NCBI GenBank assembly: GCA_965656375.1 | Contig: CBFHKH010000001.1 | Coordinates: 345,319 to 409,318 of the forward strand | Reading direction: 5' to 3' | Length of the DNA stretch: 64,000 bases | Source: Minisyncoccia bacterium | GTDB taxonomy: Bacteria > Patescibacteriota > Minisyncoccia > Phycocordibacterales > UBA9973 | Shown here: positions 29,156-37,995 of the stretch, piece by piece | Layout of the letters: the number at the start of each line of letters is the position of its first letter | Numbering within the stretch: position 1 is the first letter of the stretch | Translations under genes and position numbers: made by a program | Notes under the pieces: generated by a model | Told to the model about the DNA's origin: nothing | Seen by the model: the letters and a program-made list of their open reading frames with translations, nothing else | The model's database searches: none

Positions 29156-30208
29156 ATGAATATCCTTATAATTATTTTCTTTATAATTCTAATTGCGCTT
29201 ATACTCTTTTCAATGCGTAAAAAACCAGTAGTTAATAATGACACTGCTGTGCAATTACTTCTTTCTCAGATCAATGAACTCTCACGCACCATTGATCACA
29301 AGCTCGGCGAATCACAGAAAGAAATGAGTCAGACAATGCGGTACCAATCAAGCGAGACATCACGCATTGTGGCTGACATCACCGAAAAGATTACTCGCCT
29401 TGATGAGACGAACAAGCAAGTCGTTTCATTCGCTGACCAGCTCAAGAATTTACAAGATATATTGAAAAATCCTAAGCAGCGTGGAATCCTTGGCGAATAC
29501 TATCTTGAAACACTCCTTAAGAACGTCATGCCACCTGGCTCGTACAAGATGCAGCATCCATTCCCTGATGGAACGATTGTCGATGCGGCAGTATATATAA
29601 AAGACAAGATCATCCCTATCGATTCAAAATTCTCACTCGAGAACTACAACCGTATATCAGAAACAAATGACAAGGCAGAAAAAGAACGGCTCGAAAAAAT
29701 TTTCCTGAATGATTTGAAAAATAGAATAATTGAAACCTCAAAATACATTCAGCCCGAGGAAAACACAATGGATTTTGCTTTTATGTTCATTCCTCACGAA
29801 GCAATCTATTATGATCTTCTTGTAAATAAAATTGGCCTGTCTGCGCAGGCAGGTGGAGACGATTTTGATAACAATTTAATTCAGCGTGCAGCATCAAAAT
29901 ACAAAGTTATCATCGTCTCCCCTACCTCGTTCCTCGCATATTTGCAGACAGTACTTCAAGGATTAAAAGCGCTCCAGATCGAAGAAAGTGCGAAAGACAT
30001 CATCAAACGTGTCGGCGAACTCGGGACTCATTTGCGAGTCTACGAAGAAGCACATCAGAAACTTGGGAACGCCCTCGCAACTACCGTGAACCACTTCAAC
30101 AAATCAAATAATGAATTTAAAAAGATAGATAAGGATGTAATGCGTATTACCGGTGATGCGATCAGTATCGAGACACTGACCCTCGACAAACCACAAATGG
30201 AAGAATAA
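29156..30208 (+). CDS. rmuC: DNA recombination protein RmuC
   Basis: PKQRGILGE, PIDSKF, DFAFMFIPHEAIY, VSPTSFLAYL. Confidence 0.93.
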   Translation: MNILIIIFFIILIALILFSMRKKPVVNNDTAVQLLLSQINELSRTIDHKLGESQKEMSQTMRYQSSETSRIVADITEKITRLDETNKQVVSFADQLKNLQDILKNPKQRGILGEYYLETLLKNVMPPGSYKMQHPFPDGTIVDAAVYIKDKIIPIDSKFSLENYNRISETNDKAEKERLEKIFLNDLKNRIIETSKYIQPEENTMDFAFMFIPHEAIYYDLLVNKIGLSAQAGGDDFDNNLIQRAASKYKVIIVSPTSFLAYLQTVLQGLKALQIEESAKDIIKRVGELGTHLRVYEEAHQKLGNALATTVNHFNKSNNEFKKIDKDVMRITGDAISIETLTLDKPQMEE

Positions 30209-30249
30209 CAAAAAGCACTCCGATCGGAGTGCTTTTTGTTAGAGAACCA

Positions 30250-30738
30250 TTAGCATGAACGAGTCATGCATACTGGCTGACTGTATGTCATCGGATTGTA
30301 GTAGTTGCTAGAGTAATTCTGACCCTGATACCATCCTTGTGATGGAGATACTACACCGTATCCGTACCCACTGTTGTATGAACTACATGGGTTGTATCCA
30401 CATGTGCTATATACAGGATAAACATCATAGTACTGGTTACAGCCATAGTCACAGTAGTCATCATAACCACCGTATCCATATCCGTAATCATTGTAACCAT
30501 AGTTACTATAGCCACAATCATTGTAATACTGACAATCATCGTATCCATACCCATAATCGTCGTAACCGCCATACTCATCGTAGCCATATCCATTGTTATA
30601 GCCACCATTACCAAAACCAAGGCCTAAGCTTATTGAGAAATTATCCCAAAATGAAGCTTCTGACTTTGTAGGCATGACGAAAAGTCCGAGAACAAACATA
30701 CTGATAATAATTGAAAATGTTGCGATTCCTTTTTTCAT
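30250..30738 (-). CDS. exported Tyr/Gly/Asp/Cys-rich low-complexity protein
   Basis: Signal peptide (..SEA) then GYGYDDY-type repeats. Confidence 0.65.
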   Translation of the reverse strand: MKKGIATFSIIISMFVLGLFVMPTKSEASFWDNFSISLGLGFGNGGYNNGYGYDEYGGYDDYGYGYDDCQYYNDCGYSNYGYNDYGYGYGGYDDYCDYGCNQYYDVYPVYSTCGYNPCSSYNSGYGYGVVSPSQGWYQGQNYSSNYYNPMTYSQPVCMTRSC

Positions 30739-30759
30739 AATAGGCGTATTATACACCTT

Positions 30760-31029
30760 CTATGAATTTTTGTCAATACCCCTCCTACCCCACTGCCATT
30801 TTGGCTTTTCACCCGTTTTATAGCAGATACAAATGAGAATTACTGTCAAAAACAGTACAGAAGCAACGAAACCTACAGGTGCCGTGCTTGTTCTATTTAA
30901 ATCTACATCAAAGATATATGAGATCTTTATAAGTGCCCCGATATAGAGAGCCATAATAAGCCACCCTTGCCATGTTGATGGATACCATCCCCATCCATAT
31001 AATTTTCTTTTAAACCAAATTTTTTTCAT
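30760..31029 (-). CDS. small membrane protein
   Basis: WFKRKLYGWGWYP.TWQGW...KTGEKPKWQWG; two TMs. Confidence 0.75.
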   Translation of the reverse strand: MKKIWFKRKLYGWGWYPSTWQGWLIMALYIGALIKISYIFDVDLNRTSTAPVGFVASVLFLTVILICICYKTGEKPKWQWGRRGIDKNS

Positions 31030-31031
31030 AT

Positions 31032-31496
31032 TTATTTATACTGCTTACCAATAAAATTCATAGAGAGTTTTACTTTAAATTCAGGAAATGCATCGAGGAC
31101 CCATTGAACGAAGGTATTACTATTCGGCCCTGTTAGCACATACGAGTACCGATACGGATATGTATCTTTTGATTGTTCGATAAAGTGAATGATACGGTTT
31201 ACGAGCGAGCCTTCTTCCCCTTCTATATACCCGAGAACCATACTCTTCCAAAAATATTTTTTTACAAACGGCAAGATACTCACACCTTGGAATGGAGGAA
31301 GTATATCTTTGTGAAGATGTCCCCAGCTCGTTTCATCATCTTTTGCTGTGAAAAGAACTTCCCAGCGTTCAAGCGTACCTTTCTTGTTGATAACGATCCA
31401 AGAATGCATCGCAAGACTAAACGGAATATGCGCATGCGAACCGCAGATGAATATTTGGTATTTCGTATTGTCTAAAATTTCCGAAATATCTTCCAT
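31032..31496 (-). CDS. DUF3750-like protein (permuted papain-like fold)
   Basis: AMHSWIV...RWEV...YPY..Y..GPNSNTFVQW. Confidence 0.7.
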   Translation of the reverse strand: MEDISEILDNTKYQIFICGSHAHIPFSLAMHSWIVINKKGTLERWEVLFTAKDDETSWGHLHKDILPPFQGVSILPFVKKYFWKSMVLGYIEGEEGSLVNRIIHFIEQSKDTYPYRYSYVLTGPNSNTFVQWVLDAFPEFKVKLSMNFIGKQYK

Positions 31497-31563
31497 ATCT
31501 ATATGGTACCAGATTATCTCTCCATTGTCTTTTACTATTTTTTAGTGTATTTTAAAGATACAT

Positions 31564-31637
31564 TTGGGGATCGTCTAATGGTAGGACAGCGGCCTTTGAA
31601 GCCGTTAATTGGGGTTCGAATCCCTGTCCCCAAGCCA
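31564..31637 (+). tRNA. tRNA-Gln (TTG)
   Basis: TTGGGGA/TCCCCAA acceptor, loop CTTTGAA, GGTTCGAATCC, encoded CCA. Confidence 0.96.
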
Positions 31638-31838
31638 AAAAATCACGCAGTAATTTTTGCTTGGGGAAGCAACTAAACTGCTTTAGTTGCGTCAGGGATT
31701 CGAAAGACTTTTCTGTCATTTGGTTACAAATGCAGAAAAGTACCTGGCTACGTGGTAGCCGAAAAGCGTACTCGCGGTCCTTGTTCTTAAAAGGTGTACT
31801 GATCCTGTAAGGATCGAAATTCCCTGTCCCCAAGCCAA
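31638..31838 (+). other. tRNA-mirror element downstream of tRNA-Gln
   Basis: Antisense tRNA-Gln 3' end (31659-31704) split by 25-nt hairpin (31668-31692); direct 18-nt copy of tRNA end at 31821-31838. Confidence 0.8.
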
Positions 31839-31848
31839 TAAAAAAACC

Positions 31849-32421
31849 TTACTCTTTCAAGTAAGGTTCATTGCGAAGAACTTCGAGAACTGGAATTTGA
31901 GGAATAATATTATTATCTTTCTTAAATAAAACATTGAATGCATTTACCATTATTTTGACATCAAATGCAACTCCAAAATATTGATCTGGTTTGTAGGCAT
32001 TAGGAGGATGTTGCAATGAAGTGTAATCAAGCACTGCCCCTTTGTATGTCATAAATGTATGATTTCCAATAAAATATTTTTTATCTGTTGGAACATCATC
32101 ATCAATTGCCTTCATACCATAAAATCCTGAAACAAATGAAAAATCACAAAGAACTTCAGGTTGCATTTCAGCCAGTACGGCTCCATATAAGATATTATTA
32201 GAGTGACACTGATACGCTTGTATTCGATGAGGACGCAATACTCCCTCTGGAGGCATTTCAAGTATTTTTGTGAAATATCTTCCAGCTTCACAAAGAAATT
32301 TAAAAATTGCTTTAGGTTCCATTTGAGTTTGATGAGCATCCTCAACCCATTCTTTAAGGGAAATCTTTGCGGGAAGTTCTTCTCCAAGAAGCATTCCATT
32401 AGCTTTATAAAGTTTTGCCAT
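31849..32421 (-). CDS. hypothetical protein, possible Cys-His-Asp transglutaminase/papain-like fold (cassette gene)
   Basis: QCHSN...GNHTF...G.VLDYT ordering. Confidence 0.5.
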   Translation of the reverse strand: MAKLYKANGMLLGEELPAKISLKEWVEDAHQTQMEPKAIFKFLCEAGRYFTKILEMPPEGVLRPHRIQAYQCHSNNILYGAVLAEMQPEVLCDFSFVSGFYGMKAIDDDVPTDKKYFIGNHTFMTYKGAVLDYTSLQHPPNAYKPDQYFGVAFDVKIMVNAFNVLFKKDNNIIPQIPVLEVLRNEPYLKE

Positions 32422-32473
32422 AAAATAATTTTTCTTTTACACTACCATTTCCGCAGTATTAGTCAACAAAATA

Positions 32474-32506
32474 GTTCTAACTTCATCTCAGACGGAAAGC
32501 TCGTAA
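32474..32506 (+). repeat. att-like cassette junction repeat, tRNA-Gln array copy 1
   Basis: GTTCTAACTTCATCTCAGACGGAAAGCTCGTAA. Confidence 0.75.
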
Positions 32507-32556
32507 AAAATAAAGAACCTGCGTATGTATTAGCAGGTTCTCTTTATCATTTTTCT

Positions 32557-33363
32557 TTAAGAAAGAATTATTTTCTTTTCCATAAGAATCTCATTTACTT
32601 TCTCTTTAATTCCTTCACGGGCTGGATATGTTTCCATAGAGCCAAGGTTCCTCCTAAAATGGACAACAAGGAGAAGAATTGCCATTTCTGTACCAATCAA
32701 ATTACTGGCGGAGTTCACTCCTTCTAATCCATTTTCTTCAATAAGCTGTGCAGCACGATGATACTGCTCAAGTTTAATACTGGAAGTTTCTTTTGTATAC
32801 CATTCTCCGTCAATTTCATAAGCAATTGTTTTTTCATACAATTCTTGTATTGTAATCTTCAAACTTTCAGCAACAGCTTTTCTACTACCATTGTGTTCTT
32901 TCAATTGCCTAATTATTTCTGTTTTTTCTGATACCAATGTTCCTCTAACTTCCATAAGAAGATATCCGAGGTGGTTTTTACCAACTCCTTGGCATGTCCC
33001 CCAAAATGTATCCTCCCAGGTATTTCCTTCTTCAAGATAACAATCCCCTGTTGCAATCAACGATCTTGTGAGGAATGGTTCTTTGCCGCCAAATTTAATT
33101 AAAAGTAACTTTTCCATAACTCTTAATTTTTTTGGAATTGTCCAGTCATGGTCAGGTTTCAGATTATGATCATCAAGGTAACTTTTCGCTTTACCAGGTG
33201 TTTGGCAATTCTGTATCATTTTTTTGACATGAGGACTCTCTACTTTTGATGCAGCATATGCATGTTCGAGAGTTGGATAAAGTAGGCCTTCATATACTAT
33301 ATGAGATGGCCAAAAATTTGAGAGGAATCGATATCCTCCTTGAAAAGAACTAATCTTGCTCAT
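32557..33363 (-). CDS. NADAR (DUF1768/YbiA) family protein with C-terminal Fis-like HTH (cassette gene)
   Basis: FLSNFWP...YPTLEHAY.ASK...KF...L..TGD..L.EGN.W.DTFWG...G.N.LG.LLMEVR; then L..HNGSRKAVAESLKIT...LYEK. Confidence 0.85.
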   Translation of the reverse strand: MSKISSFQGGYRFLSNFWPSHIVYEGLLYPTLEHAYAASKVESPHVKKMIQNCQTPGKAKSYLDDHNLKPDHDWTIPKKLRVMEKLLLIKFGGKEPFLTRSLIATGDCYLEEGNTWEDTFWGTCQGVGKNHLGYLLMEVRGTLVSEKTEIIRQLKEHNGSRKAVAESLKITIQELYEKTIAYEIDGEWYTKETSSIKLEQYHRAAQLIEENGLEGVNSASNLIGTEMAILLLVVHFRRNLGSMETYPAREGIKEKVNEILMEKKIILS

Positions 33364-33502
33364 AACTCTAATTTTTAGAACATCTTCTGTTGATAAGGGA
33401 AGAAGATTTACCCTGTTACCATTTCTAGTCACCTATTGCGATAAATAGGAATTATTTATTACCTTCATAGTACATATATTATCAGAACTTGTCAATAATA
33501 AG

Positions 33503-33535
33503 GTTCCAACTTCGTCCCAGACGGAAAGCTCGTAA
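33503..33535 (+). repeat. att-like cassette junction repeat, tRNA-Gln array copy 2
   Basis: GTTCCAACTTCGTCCCAGACGGAAAGCTCGTAA, 30/33 identical to copy 1. Confidence 0.78.
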
Positions 33536-33604
33536 GTTTTTATATTTTAAAAGTAAAAACCCACCAGTGAGCGTGAGCTTCTACTAGTGGGTCGTTGAAT
33601 GTTT

Positions 33605-34231
33605 TTAATTATTGAAAAATTGTAATTTCGTAGCATCAGCTACCATGGTTCCATGAGAACCATCTTTATCCTCACAACCAACGTACGGACCACCATCCAG
33701 GTACACTGCATTTAAGCAATTTTCCTGAACAAATAAATTTGCAAATTCGTAAAAGGTTACGGGCGTCAGAGAAATAATTGCAACAAGAGTGCCGTCTTTT
33801 TTGTATCCAATACCTGACCTTGCAAACTTAGATTGCGATGTTCCTCTTACATTAACACCGCCTTTTACTAATACCGGGCCATTTTGAAATGCCCATTTCA
33901 TAATTGGTAAAGAATCTTTTAAAGAAAACGGTACCATGTAGAACCTACCATCAGTGCCGAATCCGAAGATCGTGTTATCAACGGCGAAATTTCCTACTCC
34001 ATACGCTGGATCCATCCAATTCTTCATCATAACTGTGTTATCAATGTATCCACCAACTGGTGAACCATCTGTTAACACAAGTGGACCGTTTACAACGAAA
34101 TCCAAAAATTGGTTTGATTTCGTAACTTTTCCAAAACCTATGTTTGGATTGCTGGTACGGTGGTAAATAACTTGTGCAGATAAACTGCTGAAAAGAATAA
34201 GAGTTGCGATGCTTAAAATTAACTTTTTCAT
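33605..34231 (-). CDS. exported phosphodiester glycosidase (NAGPA/YigE-like) protein (cassette gene)
   Basis: Signal peptide; AFQNGPVLV, ARSGIG, VTFYEFA.LF...C.NAVYLDGG. Confidence 0.8.
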   Translation of the reverse strand: MKKLILSIATLILFSSLSAQVIYHRTSNPNIGFGKVTKSNQFLDFVVNGPLVLTDGSPVGGYIDNTVMMKNWMDPAYGVGNFAVDNTIFGFGTDGRFYMVPFSLKDSLPIMKWAFQNGPVLVKGGVNVRGTSQSKFARSGIGYKKDGTLVAIISLTPVTFYEFANLFVQENCLNAVYLDGGPYVGCEDKDGSHGTMVADATKLQFFNN

Positions 34232-34414
34232 TTTATAATTGATTTAGTTTTGCGTGATTGCTCCAGAGAAATCAATGACTGACATCCGTAGAGCAATACA
34301 CAAAACTATCAATTCGATATCAAGGAGCTACTATAGCTATATATAATAGCATAAAATAGTTAAAAAGTCAATAGAAGTATTCCCTATGAAAAATCTGTAT
34401 GCAAACATAAAATC

Positions 34415-34440
34415 GTTCCAATTTCGTCCCAGACGGAAGG
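34415..34440 (+). repeat. att-like cassette junction repeat, tRNA-Gln array copy 3
   Basis: GTTCCAATTTCGTCCCAGACGGAAGG. Confidence 0.72.
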
Positions 34441-34561
34441 AAAGTTTGACAGTCGTACATTCTAATGTTATTGTTCAAGCAATCACGGTTTTTTAAATAT
34501 GTTTTAAATGTTACCAGAGTAGGTTGTTTACCTTTTTTGGTAACATTTAAAACAAAATATC

Positions 34562-35071
34562 ATGAGAACAATACCTTTGCTCACTTTTAGTGATCTTGAG
34601 AATACAAGATTCACAGGATTTTTTAAATTTATTATTTTAACCATTAATCAATTTGAAAATTCCAGGAAATTTATATTATTGGGACCATGCGCAGAACATG
34701 TATATCATCGCCAGATAATATTAAGTTTCTTAGAAGAAAAGAAGCTTACAAATTCAAATGTTAGAGTAACCATATTTGGAGGCGGTTTATTTTTCCTATG
34801 TAATCCAATTATAATAGCTGGGATGGACTTGAATAAAGTCATCGATAGGGCTTTCGACCGAGAAAGACCAATAATGATTTTTTCCGGGAAATCAATGATG
34901 TTTGGGCCTACGTCCAAAGACCATATAGTAGAATGCTTACAGGATGGAGGGTTACTACAAACTAATTTTTTACCTGTAATGTCTTTAGATAATGGAATAC
35001 TTCTAACCAGAGAGAAAGATATAAAGAAAAAAACGTATTCAGTCAAAGCACTGAGAGAAATTGAAGATTAG
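34562..35071 (+). CDS. hypothetical protein
   Basis: 169-aa ORF with upstream TTGACA promoter and leader hairpin. Confidence 0.6.
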   Translation: MRTIPLLTFSDLENTRFTGFFKFIILTINQFENSRKFILLGPCAEHVYHRQIILSFLEEKKLTNSNVRVTIFGGGLFFLCNPIIIAGMDLNKVIDRAFDRERPIMIFSGKSMMFGPTSKDHIVECLQDGGLLQTNFLPVMSLDNGILLTREKDIKKKTYSVKALREIED

Positions 35072-35144
35072 GAAATGCGTTTCTTAATAGAGAAAACAGA
35101 TGAATCATTTGATCCATCTGTTTTTTATATTTACAGCATGTATT

Positions 35145-35486
35145 CTATGCTGCTTTACTATATATTTGCTTTTTCTTCTTTTCAGAAGTATTGATTTTAC
35201 TTTTTTGCCGGCTTATGTTTTTTACAACTGATTCCAAGGCGCTCTGGAATGATTGTTCAAAACATTTTGACGAATGGCTGATAAAAATCTTTTTACATTT
35301 GGGAATATGCACTTCGATGCCTACCACTTTATCCTTAATCTTCCGGGTCAGGTTGTCCAGCTTTAGAAATACGTTTACCCTCATAATGGAATCATTGAAG
35401 GTTTTCAACTTAAGGATTTTCGAATTTACAAAATTTAATAACTTTTTGTCCACTTCAAAGCGAACAGTTTGAATGTTTACCGTCAT
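35145..35486 (-). CDS. ribosome hibernation factor HPF/RaiA, Bacteroidota-like
   Basis: M.VNIQTV.F..D.KL..FV..K..KL.TF.D.I..V.VFLKLDN...KDKV..I.VH.P...SF..AL. Confidence 0.75.
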   Translation of the reverse strand: MTVNIQTVRFEVDKKLLNFVNSKILKLKTFNDSIMRVNVFLKLDNLTRKIKDKVVGIEVHIPKCKKIFISHSSKCFEQSFQSALESVVKNISRQKSKINTSEKKKKQIYSKAA

Positions 35487-35729
35487 AACAATCGTTTTTT
35501 GGTTTGGTTAAGAAAATATTTGTTTTCAAATTTGCTTGTTTTTAGGCGTTATTGCCTTCATAAAGCGATGGTATGTTCTAACTATACAAAACAGTAGAAC
35601 TGCAAGTAAGCTTGGCTTGATAAATAGCATAGGCGGTAATTTTTTGGTTTATAAAAATGGTACTACATGGCCTACAATCAGTCAACTCTCTATCCCCTCA
35701 TATCTATAGATATGATATACTCTACTCAT

Positions 35730-36746
35730 ATGAAAACAGCTATGATTGAAAAATATTTCTTGTTCATCTTACTTGCCGCCACTATCATTTTTACGCTCGC
35801 GATATTCTATCCGTTTTTGACTGTAGTTATCTTGGCTGCAGCATTCGCTGTTGTCCTTCACCCGCTCTATCTATGGATCAAGAAGCGCATAACAAAAGGT
35901 GTGCGGTGGATTGCTTCACTGCTCACAGTCATCATATTTATAATCGCTCTTTGCGGGCCGCTCTTCCTTATCGGCAAAGCTGTATTCAATCAAACTCAGA
36001 CAGCGTATAGCTCGATCGCAAAAACTGAAAGTACAAGCAGTATCCTTACAAAAATCGATACCTCGATAAACAAAATCATGCCTTCTGGCTTTCGGTTTGA
36101 TACTCATGAGAAGGTCACTGAGATAGCTACCTATCTAACGAATAATGTCACAAGGTTCTTTGCTTCGACCTTCCAAACCATCATCTTATTTATCCTTATG
36201 ATTCTCACGCTCTTTTATCTCTTGAAAGATGGGGATCACTGGAAGAAGAATTTCTTGCTCCTCTGCCCTCTCTCAGAAGAAAATGCAAAAGAAATCTTGG
36301 ACAAGCTCGGTGCGGCTATCAATCGAATACTCAAAGGATCATTTTTGATAGCAATCGTTCAGGGAATTCTCGTCAGTATCGGACTTGCTATTTTTGGTGT
36401 CCCCAATGCTGCGATCTGGGGAGTAGTTGCAGGCATTGCTTCTTTTATACCTACGCTTGGTACTTCGATCGTCTCTATCCCGGCGATATTGTTCCTCTTC
36501 TTTACTGGTATGGAGATTCAGGCTCTCGGATTTCTGATCTGGTCAGCAGTTCTCGTCGGCCTTGTAGACAACGCATTGACACCATATGTCATCTCAAAAA
36601 ATACTGAAATACCTTCACTGTTTATACTTTTCTCGATCTTGGGAGGGATATCACTCTTGGGTCCGGTAGGAATATTGATAGGTCCACTTGCACTTTCACT
36701 CCTCTATAGCCTTATCGCTATTTATAGAAAAGAAGTACATATCTAA
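35730..36746 (+). CDS. AI-2E family transporter
   Basis: P.Y.W, FYLLKDG, QG...G..I.GVP, FIP.LG, VDN.L.P, GG..L.G..G..IGP. Confidence 0.9.
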   Translation: MKTAMIEKYFLFILLAATIIFTLAIFYPFLTVVILAAAFAVVLHPLYLWIKKRITKGVRWIASLLTVIIFIIALCGPLFLIGKAVFNQTQTAYSSIAKTESTSSILTKIDTSINKIMPSGFRFDTHEKVTEIATYLTNNVTRFFASTFQTIILFILMILTLFYLLKDGDHWKKNFLLLCPLSEENAKEILDKLGAAINRILKGSFLIAIVQGILVSIGLAIFGVPNAAIWGVVAGIASFIPTLGTSIVSIPAILFLFFTGMEIQALGFLIWSAVLVGLVDNALTPYVISKNTEIPSLFILFSILGGISLLGPVGILIGPLALSLLYSLIAIYRKEVHI

Positions 36747-36750
36747 AATT

Positions 36751-37995
36751 CTATACTTCCTCTCCTGCAATGGTTCCTGATGTCCAGCAAATCTGAAGGC
36801 CGTAGCCACCAGAAGGCCTGTTTATGTTGAGTAGATCACCTGTGATAAATAGATTGTCGAATAATTTCGAACGCATTGTTTTCGTATCAACTTCAGAGAG
36901 AAGCACTCCTCCATCAGCAACGACTGCTCTGTCATACCCCATGAGGTTCGTGATCGTGATTGGAAGTGCCTTGAGTGTATCTACGATTTTTTTACGATCT
37001 TCTTTCGTGATGCTATGAACCTTGGTTTCAAAATTAATCATTGGCAAGATTTGCTCGATAGCTTTTGCGGTACCATCTGGAGCGATGTCTTTGAATACGG
37101 TTCTGAGCATTTTATTTTTGTTTGCATCAAAAATTTTCACAATTCGGGCTGATAGATCACCATGATTCGTATCAGGAAATGCATCGATCGCTGCTGTCAC
37201 GACGCCAGAATAGAGAAGATCACTCACCATACTTGCACTATTTAATATAAGCGGACCAGAGAGGCCGAAATGAGTAAACAAGATTTTACCAGTTTTTGAA
37301 AATGATTTCTTCCCCTCAAGGAAAAATGTAATTTTCATGAATGAAAGTGATACACCCGCAAGCATTTTTACCCATGCATCAGCCACTTCAAGTGGCACAA
37401 TAGATGGAGTTGGCTCTTTGATACTATGACCGATATTTTTTAAAAATCTGAATCCATCTCCCGTCGATCCCGTCTCAGGATGTGACATTCCTCCGGTTGC
37501 AAGGATATATGACTTTCCGATAAATGTACCTTGATCTGTGTCTATAGATATAATTGATTTTTCTTTCTTATTGATCTTCTGTACACTGCAATTGGTTTTG
37601 ATAGTAGCGTTATATTTTATGAGCTGGTTGTAGAGTACTTTGTATACATCTGGCGCCTTTTCAGTATGTGGAAATGCACGCTTCCGCGCCTGAATTACAA
37701 GCGGGAGGCCGAGACTTTCGAAATAACGAAATGTATCCTTCATCCCAAACCGCATAAAAGGTGAATAGAGAAATTGCTCTGCTTTACCATAATTTTTAAG
37801 GAATATGCGTATATCTTCTTCGGCATTTGTAATGTTGCATCTTCCTCCGCCGGTGATCTTGAGTTTTTGCCCAAGAGTCCTGTTCTTCTCAAGTATGAGC
37901 ACAGATTTACCACGATGAGAAGCAACAGCACCTGCCATCATACCGGATGCGCCGCCGCCGATGATTATGACATCCCAGATAGTACTATTTTTCAT
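36751..37995 (-). CDS. HI0933/BaiN family flavoprotein
   Basis: IGGGASG, KLKITGGGRCNITN, ATGG.S.P.TGSTGDG, LFTHFGLSGP, GGY.LQ. Confidence 0.9.
   Translation of the reverse strand: MKNSTIWDVIIIGGGASGMMAGAVASHRGKSVLILEKNRTLGQKLKITGGGRCNITNAEEDIRIFLKNYGKAEQFLYSPFMRFGMKDTFRYFESLGLPLVIQARKRAFPHTEKAPDVYKVLYNQLIKYNATIKTNCSVQKINKKEKSIISIDTDQGTFIGKSYILATGGMSHPETGSTGDGFRFLKNIGHSIKEPTPSIVPLEVADAWVKMLAGVSLSFMKITFFLEGKKSFSKTGKILFTHFGLSGPLILNSASMVSDLLYSGVVTAAIDAFPDTNHGDLSARIVKIFDANKNKMLRTVFKDIAPDGTAKAIEQILPMINFETKVHSITKEDRKKIVDTLKALPITITNLMGYDRAVVADGGVLLSEVDTKTMRSKLFDNLFITGDLLNINRPSGGYGLQICWTSGTIAGEEV

Noticed and set aside
32474-34440. Repeats as a CRISPR array or classical attC sites
   Set aside because: Spacing is about 1 kb with whole genes between, there are no cas genes, and there is no RYYYAAC..GTTRRRY palindromic structure or intI
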